A DNA stretch of 64,000 nt from Octopus sinensis (Eukaryota): assembly GCF_006345805.1 (NCBI RefSeq), contig NC_043002.1, forward strand, positions 92,504,001 through 92,568,000, in the 5' to 3' direction. Positions within the stretch are counted from its first letter, which is position 1; the number at the start of each line of letters is the position of its first letter. This document shows, one piece after another, positions 49,541 through 62,244 of this stretch. The notes under the pieces were generated by a model, which saw only the letters and a list, made by a program, of their open reading frames with translations, did not search any database and was not told the DNA's origin. The translations under genes and the position numbers were made by a program.

Positions 49541-49914
49541 ATAGCTTGCTTACCAACCACATGGTTCCGGGTTCAGTCTCTCTGCGTGGCACCTTGGGCA
49601 AGTGTCTTCTACTATAGCCTCGGGCCGACCAAAGCCTTGTGAGTGGATTTGGTAGACGGAAACTGAAAGAAGCCTGTCGTATATATGTGTATATATGTGT
49701 GTGGTGTTTGTGTGTGTTTGTCGCCCCAACATTGCTTGACAACCGATGCTGGTGTGTTTACGTCCCAGTAACTTAGCGGTTCGGCAAAAGAGACCGATAG
49801 AATAAGTAGTAGTAGACTTACAAAGAATAAGTTCTGAGGTCGATTTGCTCGACTAAAGGCAGTGCTCCAGCATGGCCGCAGTCAGATAACTGAAACAAGT
49901 AAAAGAGTAAAAGA
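49541..49914 (+). mobile_element. SINE S1 (head truncated)
   Basis: S1 body and tail. Confidence 0.88.
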
Positions 49915-49934
49915 ATATATATATGCATATATTA

Positions 49935-51116
49935 TACTGGTTGACTAAAAAGTTCGTTCGGTTTTTGCCTACACTAAAATTCAAGCACACTAATAAGTAG
50001 TTAACTGCAGTCTGTCCCACCCGCATGCGCACTTCAACATAGTTCGACGCGAACTTGAGATGTGACAGGTTGTATTTTGTGTGCTTGGGATCACCCTGAA
50101 AATAGAGAACAAAAAGGAACATAATCGACGTCTCGGAAAGCAGTGGAAATCTGCAGGAAGATATTGATGGTGTACGGAGAAGATGCTGTTATGGAACGTG
50201 TGTACAAGAAGTGGTTTTCAAAATTTCGGTCAGGAAATTTTTCGGTTCGATATGCGCCTCCCTCTGGTCGACCAACTGAGATTAACAGACAGTGACGCCA
50301 ACCCCCGTTATACGATCAGGATAGTCACAATTATTCTCCAGATATCCAAATCGATTATTGAAAACCATTTGTATGATCTTGGATACGTCAGCAGGCTCGA
50401 TGTTTGGGTCCCACATCAACTGTATGAGGCAAACCTTGACCAACGGATTTATAATAGCGATTTGTTACTGATAGGTAAAGAAAATGAGCTTTTTTGTTTG
50501 TTTTTGTTTGGGTTTTTTTTTGTATTTTTTTTTTTGTAGAGAATGGTCACAAGTCACGAAAAATGGATCGTCTATAACAATGTGAAATGCAAACAATCAT
50601 AGGGGAGGCGCGGTGAACCACCACAAACATCATCCAAAGCAGGACTTCACTTCTCAGAAACAAGACCATTAATTTGGATGTGTCGACAAATTAAAAGCAA
50701 CGAACCACTAGAAGCATGCAGAATTCGCTAATCGTAGGGGCATTGCCTTTCATCACGACCGCAAGCGTCTTTGCAGGCTCGGCAGAAGTTACTGGAGCTT
50801 GGCTTAGACGTTTTGCTGAATCCACCATATTCGCTCGACCTCGAACCTTCCGATTGCCACCTGTTTCTGGCTCTGCAACTTTCATTGACTGGACAGACCT
50901 TCAACACTGAAGAGGATGTAAAACTTCACCTGGAAGTATTTTATCGCCATAAAAGCCGGAAATTCTCTGAGCAGGGATTGATGGATCTGCCCACAAAATG
51001 ACAGAATATACAGGAACGAAACGGTATTCATATCATTGATTGAATAAATCGCTTTGTGTTTAAAACTTGTCTTATTTCTGCTTACAAACCCGAACGGGCT
51101 TTTTTGGTCAACCCAA
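49935..51116 (+). mobile_element. Decayed mariner transposon (Mos1/Hsmar1-like)
   Basis: TIRs CTGGTTGACTAAAAAGTTCGTTCGG / CCGAACGGGCTTTTTTGGTCAACCCAA. Transposase fragments RLDVWVPHQL, EKWIVYNN and PPYSLDLEPSDCHLF, with frameshifts and stops. Confidence 0.92.
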
Positions 51117-51323
51117 TTCATTCATAAATGAACAGTTCACAAAGAGACATCGATACTGAAGTTTTTCGAGAAAAATCTTTGCACTCATTCATCCTTATTT
51201 CTCCATCTTAGAATAATAATTTTAATGAATTAAATGTTATAGTATTAAATGAATCCTACCACCACTTTTACAATACTAATATAAACCTTACTGTATACCT
51301 ACTTTCGCAGCCCCCGTAAATAT

Positions 51324-51390
<67 letters not shown>

Positions 51391-51435
51391 CACACACACG
51401 CACACAAACACACGTGCACACACACATATATGTAG

Positions 51436-51484
<49 letters not shown>

Positions 51485-51494
51485 AATACATATA

Positions 51495-51543
<49 letters not shown>

Positions 51544-51572
51544 AAATAAGCATCAAGGATATCCAGAGGTAA

Positions 51573-51659
51573 TGCAGTACGATCGTTTCATGCAACTCCA
51601 TTTAATTGTACAAAGCAATCATTACATCAATTTAAAATGCAGAGCAATCTTCAGCTGCA
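51573..51659 (-). ncRNA. Type I hammerhead ribozyme, family C (extended loop II)
   Basis: Reverse complement TGCAG-CTGAAGA-TTGC..50 nt..GCAT-GAAAC-GATC-GTA-CTGCA; core intact, U-U at the first stem II pair. Confidence 0.75.
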
Positions 51660-52528
51660 CAAAGACATAGACTTTAATTAAATTAGAACAGATGGACACA
51701 TGGACTGAACCTACATGTCTGCAAAGCGATCTTCTTAAAAAATAACTATGCTTGCGCCTGGCAAAAGCCATGCATGATAACCCGTAAAAGGAAGGAAGCC
51801 AACTTAAGGGGTCACTTAACGCGTGAACTAATTCTTCTTAGGACATAGTCTACTGTCTTAAAGTAAGAAAGATAATACACTGGATAGTCTACGGTCTTAA
51901 AGTAAGAAAGATAATACACTGGATAATGTAGGCCTGGATACACTGTCTGCAACGTGTTTTGTTTACCGAGGTCTCCTTAACACAGAGCCGAACTACAGAA
52001 TAATATGAACAAAAAGGAAGGGCACACTGCGTTATGCAGTCTGCGATAACGGTCTAAAAACCAATGCATAAATTCCAGAAATGAGATTTTTTTCTGTATA
52101 TCCGCATTTCGAGAAATACATCTTGTCGGAATTTTAAAGTAGACCACCAGACATTTAGTAAACCATTAGCATCATTTGCATCTACTCGACATCAAATTAT
52201 GGTAACGTTGATTATATCCCTTGTGTTTTTCTCCTTGTCTCCTTTCTTATCAGCGTCTTTTGTTTAAACGTCATCTGCTCAAAAGACAACTGTCAAACGG
52301 TCTTGTTCTCAGCTTGAAAAATGGCGAAATAAATGATTTCGACCATGAAACCGTGGGTGGTTGTATCTAAGATATATATATATATATATATATTATATTA
52401 TATTAAATTAGAGATAAAACCACTATTAGGCAAATCATACAATGAAAAACTTAAGCCAATACATAAGATTAATTAATTTATATTATTTTAAATATATATC
52501 AAAATTATTAAAAAAAGATAATTAGTAT

Positions 52529-52595
52529 AACACTACGATCGTTTTATGGCTGTCCAATTCTTAAAATTTCGAGTTACAGTCATTCTTCAGGTGAT
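52529..52595 (-). ncRNA. Type I hammerhead-like motif, C-related (G12A)
   Basis: Reverse complement CAC-CTGAAGA-ATGACTGT..22 nt..ACAGCCAT-AAAAC-GATC-GTA-GTG; 7/8-bp stem II; host element ~52406-52620 is flanked by (TA)n. Confidence 0.65.
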
Positions 52596-52615
52596 TTAAA
52601 TATTTAACTTAGCGA

Positions 52616-52658
<43 letters not shown>

Positions 52659-52690
52659 AAGAAAAAAAAAAACAAGAATGGATCGGTAGA

Positions 52691-52775
52691 TTAGTACAAT
52701 TGTTTCATACTATAAACATTTTATTTCAAGCTGCAAATATTACAGCAAATATAATGTCAAGTATTCATCAGCTAA
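52691..52775 (-). ncRNA. Type I hammerhead ribozyme, family B, diverged copy
   Basis: Reverse complement TTAG-CTGATGA-ATACT..48 nt..AGTAT-GAAAC-AATT-GTA-CTAA; core intact; compensatory changes versus 34224-34312. Confidence 0.88.
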
Positions 52776-53609
52776 ACCACATATAGGTTTTCCATATATT
52801 CTTAGAGAGTGTAAATATCCATATGAAGTTATAGGAGTGAGTTCCGTGAATCTGAAGTAAGATTCCAAGCAGACTATATATGTTTTCCAACAATACAAAG
52901 TTTTTTAAATGATTATTAACATCCCAGAGAAGATAAATCTAATATATACAAGCAAACATGTGTATTTGTGTGTGCAAGCAAACATGTGTATTTGTGTGTG
53001 CACATATATATGTGTGTGTATAGATAGAGAGGGTGAGTGAGTGAACGAGTGAGTCAGTTAGTTAGTCAGGCAGTCAGTCAGTCAGTTGGTCAGTGAGTCA
53101 GTGAGTCAGTGAGAGAGAAAAAGAGAGAAACAGAGAGTAATCCGTGTATTATATCTAAAGCAGCATTCATCTCGAGAAAGCATCTCTAGTGGGTGTATTA
53201 TGTTGAATTTCTTTTTTAAAAGCATAAAAATATATCAGTACCAGACGGAAACCGTCCAGCAGTGGTGATGGCAGTGTTATATACGTACTTCTGCATCGGA
53301 CCGTTTTTCTCGGGTCTTGATATCTTGATGTGCTTTTCTGACACTATACATCTAAAAGAGATGCATTCTCAAGATGAATATGCATTTCGTAAGGATTTGA
53401 TCAATTTCTATACTTCCTGTATGATACACAGATTGCTATTTTGAATTGACACTGCCTCCGTCACTAATAACGATTATATATATATAAGGGCACAGAAGGT
53501 GTGCCTAAAGCCAGCTGGAGACGATGATCTCCTGGGGCTAAAATCTACAGTAACATCCACCCTTAGTGGTTAGCCATATTGAGATGGCTAGTATACTTTA
53601 TATATATTC

Positions 53610-53952
53610 TCTTATTCTCTTATTTGTTTCAGTCAGTTTGACTCCGCCACACAGGAGCACCGCCTTTAGTCGGGCAAATTGACCCCAGTAAGCCTAGTAC
53701 TTATTCTATTGGTGTCTTTTGCCGAACCTCTAAGTTACGGGAACGTAAACACACCAACGTTGGTTGTCAAGCGATGATGGGGGGACAAACATAGACACGC
53801 AAAACATATATACGCACACACACACGGGTTTCTTTCAGTTTCCGTCTACCAAATCCAATCACAAGGCTTTGGTCGGCCCAAGGTGCCATGCAATGAGACT
53901 ACACCTGAAACCATGTGGTTGGTAAGCAAGCAAGCTACTTACCACACAGCCA
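53610..53952 (-). mobile_element. SINE S1 (diverged)
   Basis: Reverse complement of S1. Confidence 0.8.
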
Positions 53953-54780
53953 TGTATATACATATTGATATAGACACACACACATATACATACATATATA
54001 TACGCATGTATATGTATGTATGTAACCTATCCTTTGTTTTTGCTCCCTAAATCACCTCATAAAAATAGTAGTAAAATTTCACTCAGATCACACATAGTAA
54101 TATATCTAATATATCTTACACCTACGCGCGCGCGCACACACACTTCAGGCATTAGACTGCGACCAGGCTGAAGCATTTTCCTTTTAGTCGAATGAAATGA
54201 CCCCAGTACTTGTTTTGTTTTTTTTTTTTTGTTTTTTTTTTCCTTTTTAAGTCTGGTACATATTCTATCGATCTCTTTGCCGAACGGCTTTACCATAGTT
54301 ATCAAGCAGTGGTGGGGAACAAACACACATACACACACATAGTTTCCGTCTTCCAAATCCACTCTAAAGGCTTTGGTTGGCCCGTGGTTATAGAAAAAAA
54401 TACGTTTACCCCCCAAGGTGCCACCCAATGAAACTAAACCCATAGCCATGTGGTCGGGGACCAAGTTTCTTACCACACAGCCTGACCTGCGCCTTGGTCA
54501 TTTGATCGTTGGCTCGCTATTTTCCGGCGCCGTCTTGCTGCCGGCCCCACCTGAGAGGAACAATATCATCGTTGAAGGTGCGAAATCACGTTTCAACCTC
54601 TAGCCGATATATAATGAGGGTTTGGTGACCATCTTGGTCTGTTTTCTGTTTGGGTATTCATTATATATATTTTTTCTTAACTCAGATATATATATATATA
54701 ATATATATATATAATTAATTTACTCTGCTATGTATTGAGTACCTTATTTACTGTGGTTAATCCCGACTCAACCCGGGACC

Positions 54781-54817
<37 letters not shown>

Positions 54818-54819
54818 TT

Positions 54820-55088
54820 TTTATTCCTTTACTTGTTTCAGTCATTGACTGTGGTCATGCTGGAGCACCACCTTTAGTCGAATAAATTGACCCCAGGACT
54901 TATTCTTTGTAAGCGTAGTACTTATTCTGTCCGTCACTTTTGCCGAACCGCTAAGTTACGGGGACGTAAACACACCGACATCGGTTGTCAAGCGATGGTG
55001 GGATCCAAACACAGACACACAAATACACACAGTCACAGACACACAGACACACAGACACACAGGCACACACACACACACATAAACACAG

Positions 55089-55131
<43 letters not shown>

Positions 55132-55270
55132 CGACAGGCTTCTTTCAATTTCCGTCTACCAGATCCAATCACAAGGCTTTGGTCAGCACAAGACTATAAT
55201 AGAAGACACTTGCCACAGGGCCACGTAGTGGAACTGAACCAGTAACCATGTGGTTGGAAAGCAAGCTTCT
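54820..55270 (-). mobile_element. SINE S1
   Basis: Reverse complement of S1 with an expanded (CA)n. Confidence 0.85.
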
Positions 55271-55319
55271 CATATATGTATATATATATATATGTATGTA
55301 TATATATATATATATATAG

Positions 55320-55356
<37 letters not shown>

Positions 55357-55385
55357 ATAAATATTATATATATATATATATATAG

Positions 55386-55420
<35 letters not shown>

Positions 55421-56428
55421 TGTATGTATGTATGTATGTATGTTATATATATATATATATAATATATATATTATATATATAATATTGAATTATTTATTTA
55501 ACACGCGGGTTTCCTTCCCTCTCTATGTGCAAGGAAGTGAGAATAAACATAAAAAAGAAAAGTATAAGGTACTGAGGCTATAAAACTGATTTAAACAGAG
55601 AGATTGGGGTTATTAAAAGAAACTGGAAACAGAACGAAAATGAAAGGTGTGCTATGGAAAAAAAGTGCCTGGTCTAATTAGAGAGTAGCATAGAATTTAA
55701 CGTTAATAAGTAACATGTTGATAAAGAAAGAGAATAAGAAAGGTTGTGAAAGACGGGGAGAGAGAGTAGGGGATTGAGAGAGAAGCTAGAATGCCGGAAA
55801 ATAAAGGAAAAAATAGCGAGAATGAAAATGGAAAGAAACTAGGAATAAAATACGTATATACATACATAAATACATACATACATATATACATACATACATA
55901 TATACATACATGCATACAGAAGCACAAATTAATACATACAGATTTAGACGCACGCGTGCACACACACACACACACACATACATACACATTTACACGCACG
56001 CACCTGTGCGCACGTACACACACACACACACCTGTGCGCACGTACACACACACACATACACACACACAAAAGAAAACATTTAACAGTAATTAATCACCAT
56101 CTTCAAAACCGAAAATAAGTGCCAATTATGCTATCGTTAAAACAGTGCGTTCGGGCTTAAATGAATGTGGATGCATGTGTGTGTGTGTGTTGTGTGTGTG
56201 TGTGTGTGTGCGTGTACATATATAGGTGTGTATACTGTACATTGTGCATGTATGTTTGTATGTATGTAGATATTTTATGAATATTTATATATATATATAA
56301 TATATATATATATATAGATATATTATACATATTATATATATGTATATATATATATACTATATATATATACATAATATAATATATATATACATATATATAT
56401 ATATACATACACATATATATATATATAT

Positions 56429-56465
<37 letters not shown>

Positions 56466-56634
56466 CTATATATATATATATATATATATATACTAACTAT
56501 ATATATATATATATATATATACTAACTATATTATATATATATACATAAAGAAATAAACAAATAAACAACAAGGCGAGGACGTGGTACAAGTACAGTATTA
56601 TTGGACGCTCAGCAAAGGAAAGAAAAGGAAGAGG

Positions 56635-56669
56635 ATTTCACGTTTCAAGCGGAGGTCTTCATCAGAAAT
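56635..56669 (-). ncRNA. Minimal hammerhead-like motif, family A' (degenerate)
   Basis: Reverse complement ATTT-CTGATGA-A-GACC(TCC)GCTT-GAAAC-GTG-AAAT; host element ~56545-56730 ends in (TA)n. Confidence 0.5.
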
Positions 56670-57719
56670 ATAGAAAAAGTCCAAAGAAGGGAAGACGGAG
56701 AAAGAAAATCGCCAACGATACGCACACTGCCCCCCACACACACACACACACATACAGAGCTGCTTATACGTACAGGTATGTGTATCTGTATATGTGTCTG
56801 TGTATGTGAATATATGTTTACGTGCATCATATGTGTGCTTGTATTTCCCCCGCTGTTGTTTTCCATGCCATATGTTCATTTGTGAAGGAAGATGAGAGTA
56901 GGGACTCTTTGTAAATCCCCCCCCACATCCACAGGTAGTTCGGTATGAACCCGGTGATATTTCATATGTACCATACGTTGAACTTTAAACAGGGTGTATC
57001 GTTAATGGTAAGCTCCGAAGGAAAGGAACTGTTGAACTGTTTTCGTTGAACCGCGCCCATCATGTCTGATGTTTCAACAAAGATTCTTGAGAATTCCTAT
57101 GCTTCCGCTATGATGGTGGAGAGCCATCATTCATATATACGTACACACAAAAACGCATAAACATTGAAATATATACATAAGCATATACAATTATACTAAC
57201 ACGCATGCGTACGTAGAAACATACTTATAGGTGTACAAGCGAACACACACATACATAAATACACGCACATATATGCATGAATACATAAATAATAAACATA
57301 AGGAAACTGTTCTTCTTTCCTATAATAAATATTATTCCTTAAAACAGATGCCATTAATACAAGCTTGGTAAAAAAAAAATGGTTATCTTCTACGGGTAAA
57401 TGCAAAGGAACACTTTTTACAAGATCGTAGCAGTATTCCAGGACTTTAATTTAACACGTAGATTACCAATATATTCTCCTTGACATGAAACTTTGCTGAG
57501 GTCAGCAATCGTAGGTCCAGAAAATATCGAGAGAAATTCCTGTGGACTTATGAATTGAATCATGATTTATAATAATTACGAGTTCCTAACTTTGGGTAAA
57601 TGAAAATATAGGAAAGGCGAATCAGATATTCACCACTATGAAAATAAGTCTGCTAGGAGATAGGACTGCTGCCATTACACGAACACGCACGAGAACAAAC
57701 TGAAATAAGTAAAGGATAC

Positions 57720-58027
57720 AAGCAGTTGAAACGTCTAGTAACTGGGTTTCCGTGTTACAGTTTGATTCGATGAGCCGAACAGCCTGCTCCTGAACTAATG
57801 TGCAAATGGTTGAGCACTCGACAGACATGCTTACTTTTAACGTAGCGTGACAGTGAATGTGACAAAGATGGCTCTTTGAATTATGGGTATAACTCTTTTT
57901 TGCCAGCTGAGTGGAGTGGAGCAACGAGAAATAAAGTGTCTCACTGAAAGACACAACTCGATGCCAGGAATCGAACTGACGACTTTATGAACGTGAGCCG
58001 AATTCCCTAACCACTAAGCCACGCGCC
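57720..58027 (-). mobile_element. SINE, head H2 with tail a (diverged)
   Basis: CCAGGAATCGAAC B-box complement; tail a motif GAACAGCCTGCTC. Confidence 0.7.
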
Positions 58028-58059
58028 ATTACGAACGAACAGAAAAAATGAAGGTTACA

Positions 58060-58220
58060 AACAACTCGAGCATTTGAGATACTTGAACGAACACATGAAG
58101 AGAGACTTGCCATCAAGATGAGGAAGACATTGACCACCACTGGTAGCTTTCCCATCAACATTAATTCCGACAGGGTGTATATTAGGCGAACAGATGGAGG
58201 CACAGGAAACGGACTTTGAA
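58060..58220 (+). mobile_element. R4/Dong-like non-LTR retrotransposon fragment
   Basis: IKMRKTLTTTGSFPININSDRVYIRRTDGGTG resembles the KTRKxLTxxGxFHPKSDxDRLYxxRxxGGRG post-RT motif. Confidence 0.55.
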
Positions 58221-58244
58221 TGCTGTATCGTACCATATCTACAA

Positions 58245-58690
58245 TAGGCACAAGGCCTGAAATCTTAGGGGAGAGGGCTAGTGGATAACATTCATCCTCG
58301 TGCTGGACTGATACTACTTTATCGACCCTGAAATGATGAACGGTAAAGTCGACCTCGGCAGCATTTGAACTCAAAACGTAAAGATGGACGGAACGCCGAT
58401 ATGCATTTTTGTCAGGCGTGCTAACAATCTTGCCCAGCTCGCAGCTTCAACTACCGTATAACAAAGAGAGAATAGCAACAAAACACGATGATAGAGGGGT
58501 AGTCATTTACATTGATTCCCGGGCTAAACTGGTATATATTTTATCGACACTGAAAGGATGAAAGGGTAAAGTCGACCTTGGCAGCATTTGAACTCAAAAC
58601 GTGAAGACGGACGAATTACCGCAAAGCGTGTTCTTTTTTATTTTTTTTTTCGGGCGTGCTAACAATTCTGCCAGTTCGCAACTTCGGCTA
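58245..58690 (-). mobile_element. Two tandem SINE S2 copies
   Basis: Repeated AAAGTCGACCTYGGCAGCATTTGAACTC module. Confidence 0.8.
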
Positions 58691-59273
58691 TTGTATATTA
58701 AAGGGAGAATAGAAACAAGACGTGATGATTGTAGCTAGAATGTCTTTGATTAATGGTCAGATCAACTGGAAGCGATCTTGATACTAAAGAACAACATACA
58801 CTATGTGCATACGTATAGACATACATACACTTATCTATATACAGGCATATGCATACAACATAAGGTTATATTTGAGTGTACTTACATGCATAAATATGTA
58901 TGTTTGCATTCATGTATGTACGTATGTATGTGTATAACAAGGATTACGAACGTGCGCATATACACACAGACATATAAGGAAAATGTTTTGCATAGCCGGC
59001 TATTCCTAGACAACTGTACTTAACAATAGGTGAAATATTAATTAGGTACGTATCACTAATTAATTAGTGACGTATCATTTAGGCTATTAGCTAAAATGAT
59101 TTAATAATAGACTTTCCTTTCCTATGAATATTGTTATTATATCTTAATTACCAGACACACATTTAACATCAAACATAACGCATCTTACCTAGTTTTCCGT
59201 TCCCATTAAGTTCTGTCCGCACGACGTTCTCAGATGCACCATAAATAGATATGTGAGTGCTTGTGTATGTGTG

Positions 59274-59305
<32 letters not shown>

Positions 59306-59327
59306 TGTATGTATGTATGTTTGTATG

Positions 59328-59361
<34 letters not shown>

Positions 59362-59562
59362 TGGTTTATTTCAAGCTTTCTTGGCAATAGAGACAGAGTC
59401 GGTTTCCAACCTAGATCCAAGGCTCCTTCTTAGGAATTTCAACATCAACAGCAGGGTATTTTTGTATGTACGTATGTATGCATTCAATATCTGACCGCGT
59501 GTGGATCGTTGGCGATTTTTTTTCTCTCCGTCTTCCCTTCTTTGGATCTTTCCTTTTCCTAT

Positions 59563-59597
59563 GTTTCTGACGAAGAGCTCCGCTCCAAACGTTAAAT
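59563..59597 (+). ncRNA. Minimal hammerhead-like motif, family A' (G12C)
   Basis: GTTT-CTGACGA-A-GAGC(TCC)GCTC-CAAAC-GTT-AAAT; host element ~59495-59685. Confidence 0.5.
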
Positions 59598-59685
59598 CTT
59601 CCTTCTTTCTTTCTTTTCCTGAGCATCCAATAACACTATACTTGTTCCACGTCCTCGCGTTGTTGTGTTTTCATGTTTTGATTAA

Positions 59686-60045
59686 CTGTATGTATGTATG
59701 TATGTATGTATGTATGTACGTATGTATGTATGTATGTATGTATGTATGTATGTATGTATGTATGTATGCAGTATGTATGTATGTATGTAGGATGTATGCA
59801 TGTATGTATGTTGTATGTATGTATGTATGCATGTAGTAGTATGTATGTATGCATGTATGTATGTATACATGTATGTATGTATGTAGTATGTATGCATGCA
59901 TGTATGTATGTATGTATGTATGTATGTATGTATGTATGCATGCATGTATGTATGCATGTATGTATGTATGTATGCATGTATGTATGTATGTATGTATGTA
60001 TGTATGTATGTATGTATGTTTGTATGTATGTATGTATGTATGTAT
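59686..60045. repeat. (TATG)n microsatellite
   Basis: Direct inspection. Confidence 0.95.
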
Positions 60046-60047
60046 AT

Positions 60048-60365
60048 GAAGGCGCGCGTTTTAGTGGTTAGAGTATTCGGCTCACGGTCGTAAGGCCATG
60101 AGTTCGATTCCCTGTAACGTGTTGTGTCCTTCAGCAAAACGCCTTATTTCACTTTACTCCTGTCCACTCAGCTGGCAAAAATGAGTAGTACCAGTGTTTC
60201 AATGGGCCAGCCTTGTCGCATTCTGTTACGTTGAATCTCCTTGAGATCTGTGGTTAAGGGTACGCGTGTCTGTGGAATGCAAGCAACTTTTACGTTAATT
60301 TTATGTGCATGCTGTTCCGTTGATCGGATCAACTGGAACGTCGTCATTGTATCCGACTGAGTGCC
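60048..60365 (+). mobile_element. SINE, head H2 with tail a
   Basis: GAGTTCGATTCCC B box; GTCCACTCAGCTGGCAAAAATGAGTA core; tail a. Confidence 0.8.
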
Positions 60366-60460
60366 ATTTATGTATGTATGTATGTCATTGTTCAGTTTTA
60401 TTTCAAGATTTATTGCCAATAGAAAAAGAGCCGGTTTCTAACCTAGATTCAAGTCTCCTT

Positions 60461-61530
60461 CACTGGCAAAATGGCAACCAGCCAGAGTTTTTTTTCAGTT
60501 TGGGGAATAGATGAAAGTCAGAGGAGGCTAAGTCTGGCGAATAAGGCAGATGGGGAACAAATTCGTATCCACAATCACGAATTGTTGACATGGCAACCAC
60601 TGAGGTGTGGGCTGGAGCATTGACGTGATGAAAAAGGACTCCTCTGGTGAGCATTCCTGGCCTTTTTTCTTTGATCGCTTCCTGGAGGCATTACAGTAGC
60701 TGAGACCCTCTGCAAGGTAATCGATCAACAAGACACTTTGAGAATCCAAAAAAACTGATGACATGACCTTGCCAGCTGAAGGAATGACCTGGCCTTCTTT
60801 GGAGTAGGAGAAGATATGTGCTTCCACTGCTTTGAATGTTCTTTGGTTTCAGGCTGGTAGTGATGAACCCAACTTTCGTCCATAGTAATAAAACGAGCAA
60901 GAAAATTCTCTTCATCGGCTTCAAACAGTCCCAGTTTGCTCGTGGACAAAGTGCACCTGGTGCGTTTCTGTTCAGGAGTCTAAAGGCGAGGGACCCACCT
61001 CGCAGAAACCTTTGAGAACCCAAGTTCTTTTGTCACAATGTTGTCTGCTCTTTCATATGAGATGCCCAGTCTCTCAGTTATCTGGCGACATGATATTCGA
61101 CGATCTTGCATTATCATACCAAGAGCAAGGTCAATGTTGTCTTCGGTGGTTGCAGTTGGAGGCCTCGCTTGTCTGGGATCATCTTCCACATTCTCCCTGC
61201 AACGCTGGAATTCATTTACCCAGTGTTTGACTGTTGCATATGAAGGAGCATTGTCTGCTAAGGTTCTCACCATATCTTCATGGATTTCTGATGGAGTCAT
61301 GCCTTTCAAATGAAGGTACTTTATGACAGCACGAAACTCAGTTTTCTCCATTTTCCTTGTAGCCTCTACACTTGTTTATTCAAAAATCTGTAACAAAAAA
61401 ATGAAATATCAGAATCATGAAAATGAACAAGAATACTTCGAAAAGACTGTACTTACCAAAAAAAATTGTTTCAGCTACCTAGCAGCCCCGTTTTTATGTT
61501 AGGCTCAAATCTTTTCATACACTCCTCGTA
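60461..61530 (-). mobile_element. Decayed mariner transposon (irritans/Hsmar2-like), 3' end missing
   Basis: MEKTEFRAVIKYL...VSARWVPRL; FITMDESWVHHY; HHVNAPAH; PYSPDLASSDFHLFPKLK; 5' TIR TA|CGAGGAGTGTATGAAAAG at 61530. Confidence 0.93.
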
Positions 61531-62244
61531 TTTCTCAGTATTGTTACAGTTTTCATCTGTTATAGAGATTTTCCAACTAGCTAATTTGCTCATTATACGA
61601 GATTATACTTTATAATTACAAAATAGATGAATATTTTTCAGCAACAGCTGTTGTTGATGCTATTATTGTAATATTATTTTTGTGTTGATGATTGTGTCCC
61701 CCGGAATCTGGCAATTTCATTGGTGGAAAGTAATGCACATCGTATACCCAGAGAATTTAGAAAAATGCAACAGGACTTAATCATATTCCACCCGATGAAG
61801 CGCCCACACTTCAATTATATAGCAATTATATAGAATGATCTTGTATAATGGTATATGGATATAAATCCTCAACTTAAAACTTGTGTGCAGTGAGGAAACC
61901 AATGCTGTGATCTACTATTAAAGCCTGTTATCCCCCATCCTCATAGTACATTATTCTTCTATTAACCTAATGCAGAGGAGGTCCACGTGTGTATCCAATC
62001 TGGAATATACCCTACTGTAGGCTAACATGTAGTATCCAAATAACAGCGCAAGAAATCTCAAATGCATGTTACTAGGTTTTTACCCGAATTATACTAAATA
62101 TATATGTACATATCTGTGTTCTGCTTTTAAATATTCGAAATCTTCTTGTACGGGAGGAGCTAGTTTGCAACAAAGATACAAAAGTTCCATCGTTGGAATA
62201 TAGATTATAAACGCAAATTCACTTTTTCAATATAAGAATATTTC

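Noticed and set aside
54495-54600. GC-rich segment with a minus-strand acceptor (TTCCTCTCAG|) as a possible exon
   Set aside because: No donor other than the adjacent SINE head and no recognised protein; more likely a TE fragment.
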